Shown here: one piece after another, positions 1-13,157 of the stretch | How the letters are laid out: each line of letters starts with the position of its first letter | Position numbering within the stretch: position 1 is the stretch's first letter | NCBI RefSeq assembly: GCF_018350175.1 | Contig: NC_058368.1 | Span: forward strand, 233,618,001-233,682,000 | DNA: 64,000 nt | Source of the DNA: Felis catus | Lineage: Eukaryota | Direction of reading: 5' to 3' | Notes under the pieces: model-generated | Database searches by the model: none | What the model was told of the DNA's origin: nothing | The model's input: the letters and a program-made list of their open reading frames with translations, nothing else | Position numbers and translations under genes: made by a program

Positions 1-196
1 AAACCACCCATCTTAGACCCTGTCTCCATTCCCAAAGGGAAATCCCCCCTAAAACCTACAGAACCCTCTGGAAGTGAGGCCAGGCAGTCAGATGACATCC
101 TTTCCATAACCTGAAAGAAAAAAGGAAGCCCGCTCAACAACTTTGCCCCAGCCCTAAGGATAATAGCCCTTTCACTGCTTTAAAAATTACTCTGTA

Positions 197-429
197 GGGG
201 CGCCTGGGTGGCGCAGTCGGTTAAGCGTCCGACTTCAGCCAGGTCACGATCTCGCGGTCCGTGAGTTCGAGCCCCGCGTTGGGCTCTGGGCTGATGGCTC
301 AGAGCCTGGAGCCTGTTTCCGATTCTGTGTCTCCCACTCTCTGCCCCTCCCCCGTTCATGCTCTGTCTCTCTCTGTTCCAAAAATAAATAAATGTTGAAA
401 AAAAAATTAAAAAAAAGAAACCCATAAAA
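197..429 (+). mobile_element. Young felid CanSINE (SINEC_Fc-type), full length
   Basis: GGGGCGCCTGGGTGGCGCAGTCGG head, B-box GTTCGAGCC, CT-rich tract, A tail; perfect 16-bp TSD AAAAATTACTCTGTAG at 182-197 and 430-445. Confidence 0.95.
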
Positions 430-672
430 AAAAATTACTCTGTAGAGTTAAAGGGCTCCGTTGTGATGAAACCACATCGAGGCTGAGAGACTGGCGGGTC
501 ACAGGTCAGAGCCGGGTTACAAAGGGACACTGCCAGGATGGTCTGGGGACAAATCACTGATGGAAGGACAGCACCGGAGGAACACACACCGAAACAGGAA
601 AACATCACCAGGACCCGAGCTCCCGTCACCAGCCACAGTAAGGGCCACATGTACGAGAAGTGAAATCGTTTT

Positions 673-866
673 GGGGCGCCTGGGTGGCTCAGTCGATTAA
701 GCATCCGACTCGATTTTGGCTCAGGTCCTGATCTCACGGTTCACGAGATCGAGTCCCTTGTCAGGCTGTGCACTGACAGCACACAGCCTGCTTATGATTC
801 TCTGTCTCCCTCTCTCTCTCTCTCTCTGCCCCCAAAATAAATAAATAATTTTTTTTTTAAAAAAAG
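673..866 (+). mobile_element. CanSINE (older subfamily)
   Basis: Head GGGGCGCCTGGGTGGCTCAGTC, (CT)n, AAATAAATAAA tail; degenerate TSD AGAAGTGA. Confidence 0.92.
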
Positions 867-1736
867 AAGTGACACAGTTTAAAAAAAACAGATCACAAAA
901 TCTTAAAAACAATATCCAGAATATTGTTCTCTCTTAAATCAATAGAATCAATTATGATGGGTAAGGTGGATAAAAAGAAAGAAGACAGGTCCTCATTAAA
1001 AACTTACACAACCAGGGTCTCTGAGTCGGGTCCAGATTTTTCTTTATGTCTCTGCCGTCTGACAGACTGAATTATATTTGATAGGTTCTCGCCAAAGTAG
1101 AAACTGGGTACTGGCTAATATAGAAATGAAGCAACTGCATAAACATTAAATACTTCTTTCTGTACAAAGAAGAGTGAATAAGGAATTAGGATGCACCAGA
1201 GAAGATTATGACCAGTGGAGTTTGGATATCCAAATGGCATGAAGAACTAAGCTCATTAACAAAACCACACCTTTAAAAGGCATGAAGTCCCAAATTTACA
1301 CAATACGGAGTATAAAGAAGTAGGCAATCTTTGAAGACAGCATCTTTTGCTTTGGCAATTAAGGGAGCAAAGACACTCTCCCTATCACTTTAGGAAAAAA
1401 ATGTAAGGAAATGCCAAAATCCACTGCAGACAGACTTGTCATGCTTGAAGCAACAGAACCCAGGGAAGAGTTTTGTGAGGCAATCCTACTGGTTCTAAGG
1501 GAGCAATTCAGAGGAACATAAAAGCAACCACTAACTACCCAGAAGTCAACACACTAGCAAAACTTTTAAGAACCAAAGGCTGCAGCAATAAAAAACACAA
1601 CTGTAAACCCTTACCTGCACACCACGGGGATGCCCAGGACAGCACTGTGGCAACAGATGAATGGATACCCGATGGAAAAAACCCTCACAAACATAAATGG
1701 TAAGTCACAGTATTGTCAGTGAGTCTGAAATTATTT

Positions 1737-1944
1737 TTTTTAATGTTTGTTTATTTTTGAGACAAAGAGAGACCGAGCATGAACAGGGGAGGGGCAGAGA
1801 GAGAGGGAGACCCAGAATCCGAAGCAGGCTCCAGGCTCTGAGCTGTCAGCACAGAGACCGACGTGGGGCTCGAACTCACGGACCGCGAGATCATGACCTG
1901 AGCCGAAGTCGGACGCTCAACCGACTGAGCCACCCAGGCGCCCC
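1737..1944 (-). mobile_element. CanSINE SINEC_Fc-type
   Basis: Reverse-complement SINE ending CACCCAGGCGCCCC; TSD TGAGTCTGAAATTATTT at 1720-1736 and 1947-1963. Confidence 0.95.
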
Positions 1945-2614
1945 AATGAGTCTGAAATTATTTAAAGACAAATCGTATCAAAAAAGTAACAGGAGTCTGA
2001 TCAACATCTTCTTGACACACTAAACGTAATTAAAAGTTATTGCAGACTTCGCCATCTTAGCATTTTTTCCGAGACCAAAAATACTGTTATACTTGGAAAC
2101 GTCTAAATGTTGATACTTTGCAACTTCACTGGCAAAATTTTAGAACACTGGATGAGGTCGTGCAGTGACAATTCTCGCAATTCGCCATCGAGGGGTCTGA
2201 GGTCCCACGGTGCGGGACTCATTTAGCCCCTGATCAGGGAGACCGGTCCCTCTGGCTGCAGGCTTCCCACGCCACACTGAGGCTCTGGGACACTGCAGAT
2301 GTCACGTCCGCAACGTGGGCTTCATTTCTGCAAAGTCACTCAGGAAGAAGAAGATGGCGGTTGGGGTGTTCAGTGGCTCACTGGGCAGCGTCCTCTCCTC
2401 GTACTGTTGGTTTCCAGATGCTTGCCGAATGTGCTGACCCACCCGGGCCGACTTCCTTGCTGACCCCAAATTCTCCTTCACGCTTGGGCACGTGCTTCCC
2501 TTACTCCAGGAGAAAAATCCTCCTTGCAGGATGCTTTCTACTCATTCTTGGAGACTCAAGAACTTTCTAGATGTATCTAGATGTATCTTTTTCTCTTATT
2601 TGGAGAAAGCTGGG

Positions 2615-2882
2615 TTAGGTTCCTCAGAGCATGTCTCTGAGAACTAGGGCGTTAGCATTTGTTATGTGGAAAAAGTTTCTGTGGTTAAGTGCATTTGGGG
2701 AAAAAATCTGGGCTGCTCCAGACTCAGTGCTGTAGACCCATTAATGGTCGATGGGTGATGAGGTTTCACAGGTGAATAGCCACTATGTATTCATCCCCCA
2801 GAAGCATATGGACACAAGACCATTCTTCTGTGGGGAGCATCCTGGAAGACTCAGGTTTGTAGAGACATTTGGGAAACGCTGG
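2615..2882. mobile_element. Old hAT-Charlie MITE relic (MER103-like)
   Basis: Ends in TTTGGGAAACGCTG and has internal AAAAAGTTTCTGTGGTTAAGTGCATTTGGG, resembling a recalled MER103-type consensus; heavily diverged. Confidence 0.45.
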
Positions 2883-2896
2883 TCTGTGTTGTTTTA

Positions 2897-3216
2897 AATA
2901 TATGGATATAAATATAGAGATATAGATATAGATATAGATATAGATATAGATATAGATATAGATATAGATATAGATATAGATAGATATAGATATAGATATA
3001 GATATATAGATATAGATAGATAGATATAGATATAGATATAGATAGATACACATATACATATACATACAGATATACTTATAGATATACATATATAGATATA
3101 CATATATATAGATAAATCTATATCTATAAATCTGTATCTATGTATATATCTATATCTATCTATCTATCTCCAGGCATATATATGTCTATGTATGTGTGTG
3201 TGTGTGTGTGTGTGTA
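2897..3216. repeat. Compound microsatellite: (ATAGAT)n switching to (ATCTAT)n/(ATCT)n, then (GT)n
   Basis: Directly visible; source of the YIYI/ISIS spurious ORFs. Confidence 0.95.
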
Positions 3217-4277
3217 TACACATATATCCAGGTGCCCCCTGAACGCTGTGCTAAGAAGGCAGATCACTGTCCTGATTTATTTTATTTATTTATTTTTTTT
3301 GGTAGCTCAAACAACTATGTGAGCATACACTTTTATTTTTTGGAAGGGAAGTTTCTCTTTTCAAAACTTGAGAAGCAAACTTACTCTGGAGAAAACAAGC
3401 AGCTCAGAATAGATTTTACCCGGGCATTCTGCATTTCCCTGTTGATATTAAATAAAGTGGGTGCCACACGGAATTGATCCTACCAGAGAGCCCTAGGCTC
3501 TGTAGCTATTTCAGCACACGAGAAAGACACGTCTTTTGAAAACTCCTCCGTTCTGCGTGTATTTCTCTAGCCTTGTAAAGAAACTGAAAGCACTTTTGAT
3601 AAACGTTTTAATGAGTCACGCGGAGTGTCATTTCTGTGCGCTTTGAAAGTCTCTGAGTGATACCAAGTGAATTCACAGTTAACTTCCGAATGCCAAAGAC
3701 CAGCCACAAAGGAACCAGGCAGGAGGCGAGGGGATGCTATTCTTTTGGTCCACGAGTGAGCCACGCAGGTGAACACAACATGCACACGCATGTGTATTCT
3801 CCGTGCGCTGTGTCACAAGCCGGTTCACATGCACCTGCTTCTGTGTTTATCTTCATCACCTGGGAGGGGTGAATAAAGTGGTGGTTTGCATATAGGAATG
3901 GCCGCTAGGAAATTCACCCTAAAATTCAGAGACGACTTTATTAAGTACTGCGCCGTCCTGAATTCACCATCATTTGTGATATCAGTTAAATATCTCTTCG
4001 ACATGGTCCTGCATACCATTAGGCTTTGTTTCTGTAGGTCTTCACTAACAGAATGAAACTTTGCATTTCCTTTGGGATGCTCTCCACTCTGAATTATCTG
4101 AGCTCTGCTGGGTGGCAGCAGTGTGTAGAAGTCCAACCTGCGTGACTTAGAATGTATCTTCCCAAGGCCCTGGGCAGGCATCGTGGCTCAGTGAACATGT
4201 CAGGTGCAGGAAAGCCGTCCATCACTGCACAGAAATAATGTCCCACGTCAGAGGGTGACTCACAGCTGCAGAGGAAG

Positions 4278-4490
4278 CACGGTGCCACCATGAAGACCAC
4301 GGACTCAGAACACACTGCACAGGCTGGACTCCCAACTCCACCACCCGCCAGCCTCGTGGCCTTGGGCAAATCGGTCACCCCCTCTGTGCCTCCCAGGCCT
4401 GCCACGCAGAGTACACGAGCCAACATGAAGAGGACTTCAACCGTGCCAGGCAAGCCGGAAACCCGGTGGGTGTGCTATCAGTGTTGTTTC
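4278..4490 (+). mobile_element. MIR SINE relic
   Basis: GTGGCCTTGGGCAAATCGGTCACCCCCTCTGTGCCTC resembles the MIR core. Confidence 0.55.
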
Positions 4491-6479
4491 CACTTAAATT
4501 ACAGTGAATATTCCTGGAAGTTCTCTATAGGCATATTCCTCCTATTATAATACCGTCTCATGATAATAAGAAGGGACTCTTCAGTCCATTATCTCCTTTA
4601 CCTCGTCTGTAAATGCGTATTTATGCTGCATTGCTAGCATGGTTCTTGACTCAGGAAGAAATGGCACAAGGCATAACCCTATTAAGCCGTTTTTGGAAAA
4701 AAAAAGTGGTAAGTAACTAAAGGTATTATTTTCAGGCAATAAAGAACATCTTAAACATGCTCACAAAGAAAGACTATCTTCTACAGAATTAATCTTTTAA
4801 AAATTAATCTTTAATTCATCCTCAAATCAAATAGGAATATGGCCATACACAGCACATGGGATCAGTTCATCTGAATGTGCAATTTCAAAACAAACAAACC
4901 CTATTTCTCTATGGCTGGTGCTTGTGATAGAAGCAAGAGGAGCCTTTGCCCAAATCCATTCTAACACCCTGCCTCTCTGATTATTCATTCCGCCCATCAA
5001 CACTTACTGTCATAACGGGTGAGGCACTGTGGAGATTCAAAGTTGAATAAACAAGGGTCCTCAGTCCCCCAAACCTTAGAACATGGGGAGAGTAATGTGC
5101 GATATGTTTTAAGATATAATATGGAAATGAGGGCCAGGCACTCCCAAAGGCAGCACTGAATTCTTCAAGAAGCTGTAAAGTTCCCCATCTCATCTATACA
5201 GCTCCTGCATTGTGCTTTCCAGCTGATCCAAGGTGCACCCTCACAAGGGACATGTTGCCTTTTGTCTGGATTAGATAAAGTTATACAAGAGCCATCCTAT
5301 TTCATATCTATGGATTTAAAAAAGCCTCCATATATTAAGACAGCTATGAATATTCCATCAAGAGGATTGCAACATGGGCAGTTTCCACATTTTGATTTTA
5401 AGAATCAAACAGGAGATTTCAAAAATATGTGTGACTTTGGAACTGATCCACATGGGAAAGTGTCCTGAATCTAAAGGCTTTGAAGGCAGCCTCCCCTCTG
5501 ACTCAGGGATGCTCTGGGGTAAAAGTGGACACCCTCTTTTATGGGGCAAGGTCATCGCTAGGTCTCACCTGCATGTTTTAATTTGTGTTTACTAAGGTCT
5601 ATGAAGTTCTATGTCCCTGCCCCCTGGAGAACTGTGGAGAACGGCTGATTTCCGTCAGTCATAAAGGCCGAGGACATTTACGGAACGGCATTCATCAATA
5701 TTTATCTAGTTCATACCGGTTCTCATTTAAGTGGTACGATTTGCTAATTCCATTTAACCTTTGCTGTTTGAAAATAAATATCACAGATCACATCTTTTAT
5801 GAATACATTTCAAATGTGGCAAGATCAAAGGTTAAATTTCTCCCTAAAAATGTCAGGAAAGAGAGTTAAGACCAATACGGTCCATTGAAAACAATCTGCA
5901 GGACAGCAAAATAAGCCGCTTAAATCTGAGAGCTGGAATTGAAGCAGGTAAGATCAAAGTAGAAGGCAATATACTGAATGAGAACGGCTCAGCCTTCTTC
6001 TTAACTGGATAGAGAATCTGATGTTGCCCCATAAGGGCGGTTCTGGGAAATACAAACAGGAAGTCCAAGGGCTTATCGACGGATTCCAGGACAAGGGGAG
6101 AAGACAGTTCGTAAACACCCATAGAAGGGGAGGGAAGGGACGTTTTTATAAAAATTTAAAGCTTGAGATTTTTAGGTTTCAAGTGAACAAGCCCTTTGCT
6201 ATTTTGAAACACGTTTTCATCAGTGTAATCAGTTTGTTTATCTGTGATTTAAAGCCGTGTGTTTGTGTGTGTGTGTGTGCATGTGTCTGTGTGTTCGTTC
6301 TGCATAGGATTGAGCCAAAGGAATTACTTACCTAAACTCATTAAGTGAAACAGAAAAGACTAACAAATTTTCTGTTCGTCATTGAGCACAACAGCAGCCT
6401 TAAACAATGAATTATCGCAGTAAATAAAATACCACAAGGATCGTGCTGAAGGTAAGCAGGATAGGCCTGGCCAATAAAA

Positions 6480-6950
6480 TAAGAAGACACAAAGAATGTC
6501 CACCCTCCCCATTAGTTAATGCCTTCCCAGGAGTTTAGCGTCATTGAATAAAATAATAATAATAATAATAATAATGAGAGATAAATATTGAAATTATTAA
6601 AAATTATAATTACAAGTTATCATTCATCACAGACATGATCATCCATATGGGAAAACAAACAAAAAAAAATAGAGTTAGTAAGACTGTTCAGTTATAGTTA
6701 GCCTGTTAGAAGCTACAAATACCAAAACTGAGAGTTTTCCCTCTATACCAGGAATAGTTAGTGGGAAAGTATAATTTTTTAAAAAATTATAAAATCACTC
6801 GTAGAATTTAAAACTATACAAAATAGCCAGAAATTAACAAGACAGGTACAAGGTCTATGTAATCAAAACAACACGATCTTACGTACAGGGAAAACATCAC
6901 ACAAATATTTTGGTAAATGTGCAATATAATATTCTTGGGTGCCAGGCTTG
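6480..6950 (+). mobile_element. Ancient L1 ORF2 fragment (RT region)
   Basis: AAGTTATCATTCATCACAGACATGATCATCCATATGGGAAAAC resembles the L1 LSLFADDMIVY-coding segment; A-rich; no ORF left. Confidence 0.5.
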
Positions 6951-8139
6951 GTGTTGCAGAGAATCGAAATCAGCACGGACCTAATCAAAACTGGCATTTT
7001 GGGGAAACTGCGTCACTAGTGGGGATGGAGGGGAGAGAGCAAAGGCGGCTGTGATGGGGTCACAGCGACAGCATGTCAGGTTTCTTCCAACAGGGCAAGG
7101 GGAGCCCAGCGCAGCACCCTGTGCTTTGCTGGCTCCCACACATACAGCATGTGTCCTGTCTGAACCTGCCGCATCCCCATTATGTTACAATAACCATGTG
7201 GAAAGATTAAGCAAGTCAGGGTATTCTATTCTTTATACATTCCAACAGTTTTGAAAGAGATACTTATTATTTGCCTTTACACCTCAAACATTCATATTGT
7301 AACTTCAAATACGTCTGTTACAGCTCGTTGGGAAAGCTAAAGAGAATTACTACACAATATCTAACTTCAGAAGGAGGCCAAGTATGTGTTTTCAGGCCAA
7401 GTTTAGTCTCGATCTCGACTGTTCCTTATGCACTGTTAGAAATCAACGGGGGCAAAAAAACGATAATAGAAACAAAATGCTCATATATTTTTAAAAACAG
7501 AATAAATAAAGGATAAGTTAAATATTAGGAAAAACATCAGTGAATTCGGGCAAACTTTTTCCCACCATTGTTCTGCAGGAGAAGCGTATTTGAATAACTT
7601 TCATTCAAGTGCTTTCAGAAGGCTCAAGGCCATATGTTTTGAAAGGTAATGTTGAAACTTACATCTGAATGGCACACTTGTGTCTAAAGGCTTGACACCA
7701 TGAAAAGAAACCCAGTTAGGTCGGGATGGATAAGAGAGAAAGACTTTTTAAAACCGCCTTTTCCCCCTGCACTAGAAATTGTTTGTTCGCCATGTGTAAT
7801 TGCTTTTGAAAAACGGAAACATTTCGAAGGCAGAAAAGTATGGAAAAAAATAACATAGCAAATACCTGCGAGCTGCCATCCACAGCTGTAGGAAAGACCC
7901 TTCCTCTCTTCACAGAAGCAACTGGCTTCCAGTCCTTTTCTGCACTTTTACCATATCTAATACCCTAAACAACATGCAGTATTGTTCCATATGTTTTAAC
8001 CCTACAAAACTGCATTTACCACATACCCAGGATTCATCGGTGTGCTATTTCTCACTTGGTTTGATGTTTTAGATGTCTACCTCTGCTAGGACATCTACGT
8101 CCAATTCATTTCATTAATTTCTGATTAATATTCTCTCTG

Positions 8140-8332
8140 GGGGCGCCTGGGTGGCTCAGTCGGTTGAGCATCCAACTCTTGATTTCGACTCAGGTCATGA
8201 TCCCTGGGTTGTGGGATCGAGCCCCACGTCAGGTTCCATGCTCAGCATGGAGCCTGCTTAAGATTCTTCTTCTCCCCTCTCTCCCTGTCTCTCTTCCCTG
8301 CTCATTCTGTCTCCCTCTCTCTCTCAAAAAAA
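8140..8332 (+). mobile_element. CanSINE (older subfamily)
   Basis: SINE head, CT tract, A tail; TSD-like AATATTCT on both sides. Confidence 0.92.
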
Positions 8333-8769
8333 ATATTCTTCTGTCTGAATACACTATAAGCTAAATATTCATTTTTCTAATAATGGACACTTATTAGTTG
8401 CTTTCAATTGTTAACCACTACAAAGGATGCTGAAATGAATATTCTGGAAACTGTCTCCTTGGGAACACTCACTGAAATCTCTCCAGGTAGATCAAGAAAG
8501 TGGCATTTCTGCTTCAAAGGTTTGCATGATTATAACTTCCTAAAGTAATTATTCTGTTTTTTTTCTCCCAGCAGCAGAGTGCCAGCCTCCTTCCTTCTAC
8601 AACCCCGATTCAAGTATGCCCACCTGATAGTTGCCAGTCCCATGGCTGTAAAATTGAAACCCCTCGAAATAATCTACAGTCTTCTAATGACTAGGGAGCC
8701 GGAGTATCATATATCTTCGTTTCTGTATGGGGTATGTATACTTCATGCTTTATAGAAGACCGAATTTCT

Positions 8770-8990
8770 TTTTTTTCTTTAAATTCATTTTGAGAGAGAG
8801 AGAGAGAGAGAGAGCGCACTGCACATGAGCAGTGGAGGGGCAGACAGAGAAGAAGGGAGAAAATCCCAAGCAGACTCCACGCTGTTAGCGCTTAGCCTGA
8901 CACAGGGCTCAAACTCATGAACCGTGAGTTCATGACCCGAACTGAAATCAAGAGTTGGATGCTTAACTGACTGAGCCACCCGGGGGCCCC
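8770..8990 (-). mobile_element. CanSINE
   Basis: Reverse SINE with (GA)n; TSD AGAAGACCGAATTTCT / AGGAGACAGAATTTCT. Confidence 0.92.
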
Positions 8991-9441
8991 CCAGGAGACA
9001 GAATTTCTATTAGCTCTATTCATTGGAAACATCTTCTCCTGGTCCTGTGTCTTCATCTTTTAAAGTTGTCTTTGCATCACTGAAATTTAAAATTTTAATG
9101 TTCTAAAATTGTCAAACTTCCTTTTTTAGTTAGCGCTTTTTGGGTCTAAAGTTCTCACAAAAAAACATGAGCCCCAAAGGAAAAGATTTAAAATTGCAGT
9201 GTAACTGCTGGTGGGAATGTAAGTTGGTTGAGCCACTATGGAAAACAGAGGTTCCTCAAAAAATTAAAAATAGAACTACCACATGATCCAGTGATCCCAC
9301 TTCTGGGAATATATCCGAAGGAAATGAAAACACTATGTCGAAGAGATATCAGCACCCCCGTTATCACTACAGCATTATTTACAACTGGAATCAACCCAAG
9401 TGCCTGTCAATGGATGATAAGTAGATTAAAAAAATATTATA

Positions 9442-9657
9442 GGGGTGCTGGAGTGGCTCAGTCGGTTAAGCATCCAACTTCGGCTCAGGTCATGACCTCG
9501 CGGTCCATGAGTTCAAGCCCCGCGTCGGGCTCTGTGCTGACAGCTCGGAGCCTGGAGCCTGCTTCGGATTCTGTGCCTCCCTCCTCTCTGCCCCTCCTCC
9601 ACTCACACTCTGTTTCTGTCTCTGTCTCTGTCTCTCTCTCTCAAAAGTAAGCATTAG
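9442..9657 (+). mobile_element. CanSINE SINEC_Fc-type nested in L1
   Basis: Full SINE; TSD AAAAAATATTATA on both sides. Confidence 0.93.
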
Positions 9658-9889
9658 AAAAAATATTATACACACACACACAGAAATATTGTTCATTAAA
9701 AAAAAAAAAGAAGAAAATCCTGCTATTTGTGACAACATGGATGGGCCTAGGGGGTGTTATGCTAAGTGAAAGAAGTCAGACAGACAAAGATAAATATTGT
9801 ATGATCTCACTTCTATGTGGCATCTAAAAATAAAAGAATAACTAAAAACAAAACAAAACAAAACAAAACTCACAGAAAAAGAGATGCGA

Positions 9890-10113
9890 GGGGCGCCTGG
9901 GTGGCTCAGTCGGTTGAGCGTCTGACTTTGGCTCAGGTCATGATCTCGTGGTCTCTGAGTTCGAGCCCCGCATCGGGCTCTGTGCTGACAGCTCAGAGCC
10001 TGGAGCCTGTTTCGGATTCTGTATCTCCCTCTCTCTCTGCCCCTCCCCCGTTCGTGCTCTGTCTCTCTCTGTCTCAAAAATAAATAAATGTTAAAAAAAA
10101 TTACTTTAAAAAA
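9890..10113 (+). mobile_element. CanSINE SINEC_Fc-type nested in L1
   Basis: Full SINE; degenerate TSD AGAAAAAGAGATGCGA / AGAAAAAAAGATTCGA. Confidence 0.93.
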
Positions 10114-10869
10114 AGAAAAAAAAGATTCGATTTGTAGTCAGAAGACACAGGAGGTGGGGGGCAGGGGAAACTGGAGGAAGGTGGTCACAAGGTACAAGCT
10201 TCTGGCCATGAGACCAAGTAGGTGCTAGGAGTTCCCATCACAAGGGAAAAGTACTCCTTTTCTTTTTCTCTGATCTATGTGAGATGATGGAGATAAACTA
10301 AAGTCACCATGGTCATCATTTCACGATATTTGCAAACCAAACCCTTTTGCCGCACAACTTAAGATTACAAGGATGCCGTACGTCGACTACATCTCAATAA
10401 AGCTGGAGAAAACACTGAAGCACGGAATGTGAAAACCTGTATGACAGAAGTCCTCGCAAGCTACAATTCAGGCTTGACACACCGTAGCACATCTTTATAA
10501 CCATAATAAGAGCTCAAATAATACGTGTCTACTAAAAAAAAGATTTCAATGCAAAGGGATTCATGTATGTATTATTCATTCATCCAACCATTCGTTCATT
10601 TTTTATTTTGTTCATTGTTGATTTTCTAGAATATAGGTCCCGTGATGCTGGGGATCTCTAACTATTTTATTTATTTCTGCTGGAAGACTTCCAGACACAC
10701 TGCTTGTCTCTAATCGCTCACCTACTGATGAGCAAATTATTGCACCTGAAAGAGATAGGATACATATGTGTAACACTGTATGTATGGAGTTGTTCACTGT
10801 AGCGTTACGTGTAATACCGAAATATTGCAAATTATCGCAACAGCTTTAGGAAGCTGGTTAGATAAATTG

Positions 10870-11031
10870 TGTTCTTTTTCTGAGCTGTCCAGGATGGGAA
10901 CCACCAGCTACAAATGCTTCTTAAACACATGAAATGTGGCACATGTGGCTGGGGAACTGGATTTTTGTATTTAACTTATATGTAACTGTGAATAGCCACA
11001 CATGGTCTGTGGCTACCGTGTTAGTGTAGCT
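10870..11031. mobile_element. MER3-like hAT-Charlie DNA transposon relic
   Basis: GCTGTCCA...TGAAATGTGGC...GAACTGGATTTTT...AATAGCCACACATGGTCTGTGGCTACCGT matches recalled MER3 consensus. Confidence 0.7.
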
Positions 11032-11111
11032 CTGAATCATGACACTGACACAATCCAAAGAATTGGTTCCATTACTTTGAACTTTGTTGCCAAATAATTT
11101 GGTCAAAGAAC

Positions 11112-11143
11112 TGTGTGTTTGTGCGTGTGTGTGTGTGTGTGTG
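11112..11143. repeat. (GT)n microsatellite
   Basis: Directly visible. Confidence 0.9.
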
Positions 11144-12895
11144 CACGTGCAGAAGTAGGGGATTAGGATTCTCCTGAATTAAATTAAAATTTAAAACTAA
11201 GTCTCATATGAAAATTGTACATACTTTTTATAAGATACAAATGTCGGCTACAGTGCTAGAAATAGTGTTACTGAAATAAATTACGCACACTTGGAAAGTA
11301 TCTAACCCTCCTATTTTAAGAACATCCTTTAAATTAACTTCCTATATATTTAAATTTAAAATGCTTGTTTGTCTGTACATATATAAAATTATGTTTAAAT
11401 GAATATCCATAATATACGACAGGTACCAAATACTATATATTTTCTATCTGAATATATGGAAATGAAACGACATAATAAACCGACTTTTATCAACTCAAAA
11501 GTGAAAGGTCTGAACCATTTGCCAAGAAGGCACGCCGACCCCCAAACACAAACAAGCTGAATATCAAGTGCTACTTAAATTTTCATAACTTTTAATAGAA
11601 TAGGCACTTGAGGCCATCATTGGAATATGTAGTAGGCATTCAACAAATATTTCTTAACTGAAAGGCTCAGACTCCAAGGCGCATAGCCCTCCGCCATATG
11701 ACAGACTTTCAAGAGACCACAGGAGGATTCAACGGGGCCATCACACAGCAATGAGTTGGACACGAGCTTGGAAGATGTATTTTTTCAAACAGCACAAGTA
11801 CAGAAAGGTGAAAGGCAGATACAGTGGACACCCATGTCCCTTCAGAGGGGCCTGGTTTTCCATCCACATACTGGGGACACGCGTTTCTTTCCTGTCTTCC
11901 CTGTTTTGGTGTCCATCTGAGGCTGAATGGATTACAAAAGGCCACCTCCTTCTGTCGCAGTGGCGTGGGGGACACAGAACTAGGACCACACCCGGGAAGC
12001 AGAGAGGACCAGGTTGGGAAGCAGCAGGAAACAGTCCTGGGCTCTTTGCATTTTGGGAACCCTTTGCCTCTCTGGTAGGAACTGCTGAAACACCTGAATA
12101 TAAACTAAAATTCTTCACAGAACTTGAGAAGATTCCTTAGACCCCAGGAAATCAATCATGAACCCACATTAGGCGTGACTGTCCAGCCAGAGTCCGATAC
12201 GTGAGGAAGCCTTGAGTGGCAAAATGAAGGTGGGTTTGACCCAACACCCTCTTTTCTGGGACTCTCAAAAAGTCAGTGATCAGAGAAGTTGGTCTGGCTA
12301 TCCAGCTGACGCATCTGAAGGATCAAATGTGAAGGTTCTTTGAGCTCACGAAGAGCTTCGTACATAGATTTGTTCAAAAGAACCACAAGATGGAAATGCA
12401 CATGTGTAAATGCAAACCCCACCCAGATCCTTATTTACAGAAAGTAAACATTTGGTGATTATAATTATAATCAAATCTGTATTTCCGATCCCCAAATAAC
12501 CATGACTTTATTAAGAACAGCATATTGCCTTCATTAGAGTTAAAATGCAAAAATATGTTCACTCCTCAGAATGCCATTGGAACTCATGTTCTCTCAGGCA
12601 GAACAAACGTGCTCAGATGAATTAACGCTTTTGCTAAAAAAAAAAAATGGCAAATCCCTTTATTTCTTTATTTTTAATTCGAAAGAGAAAAATGTAAATT
12701 TAAGCATATTTGAAATCTGACTAATCATTTTCTTTTTTATAGATACCCTTGGCATAATTAGTTCTAGCACTGAAATAATAAGTTCATATTTGTCCCTTCA
12801 TTTCTGTAAGTCTAACTATTAGATCTGATCCTTTTTGTTTCCTGATTCACGTGACTTGTTTTTGCTTGCCGACTTCCAAGGCCTCCATGTTTCTT

Positions 12896-13157
12896 TTTCT
12901 TTTTTTTTAATTTTTAAAAAATATTTTGTTTTTAAAAACTCTTTAATGTTTATTTATTTTTGAGAGAGAGAGAGAAAGAGAAACAGAGCACAAGCCGGGG
13001 AGGGGCAGAGAGAGAGAGGGAGACACAGAATCCGAAGCAGGCTCCAGGCTCTGAGCTGTCAGCACGGAGCCCGACGCGGGGCTCGAACCCACGAACTGGG
13101 AGATCACGACCTGAGCCTAAGTCGGACACTTAACTGACTGAGCCACCCAGGTGCCCC
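12896..13157 (-). mobile_element. CanSINE SINEC_Fc-type with long composite tail
   Basis: Reverse SINE; TSD AGGCCTCC(A/G)TGTTTCTT at 12879-12895 and 13158-13174. Confidence 0.95.

Larger units (their letters stand above)
7880..9150 (-). mobile_element. Ancient L1 (L1ME-like) 3' fragment interrupted by two SINEs
   Basis: GGATGCTGAAATGAATATTCTGG...AAAGTGGCATTTCTG...CTCCCAGCAGCAG matches antisense L1 3' ORF2/UTR. Confidence 0.55.
9205..10412 (+). mobile_element. L1 3' end (ORF2 C-terminus plus 3' UTR; carnivore/L1MA-type) with two nested SINEs
   Basis: Peptide FLKKLKIELPHDPVIPLLGIYPKEMK (ORF 9228) is the L1 ORF2 C-terminus; ends CATCTCAATAAAGCTGGAGAAAA. Confidence 0.9.

Noticed and set aside
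900..1700. A-rich segment possibly from an ancient LINE or other transposon
   Set aside because: Could not match it to any family by eye; needs RepeatMasker/Dfam.
2766..3322. YIYI/ISIS/YLYL-repeat ORFs
   Set aside because: Translations of the (ATAGAT)n microsatellite.
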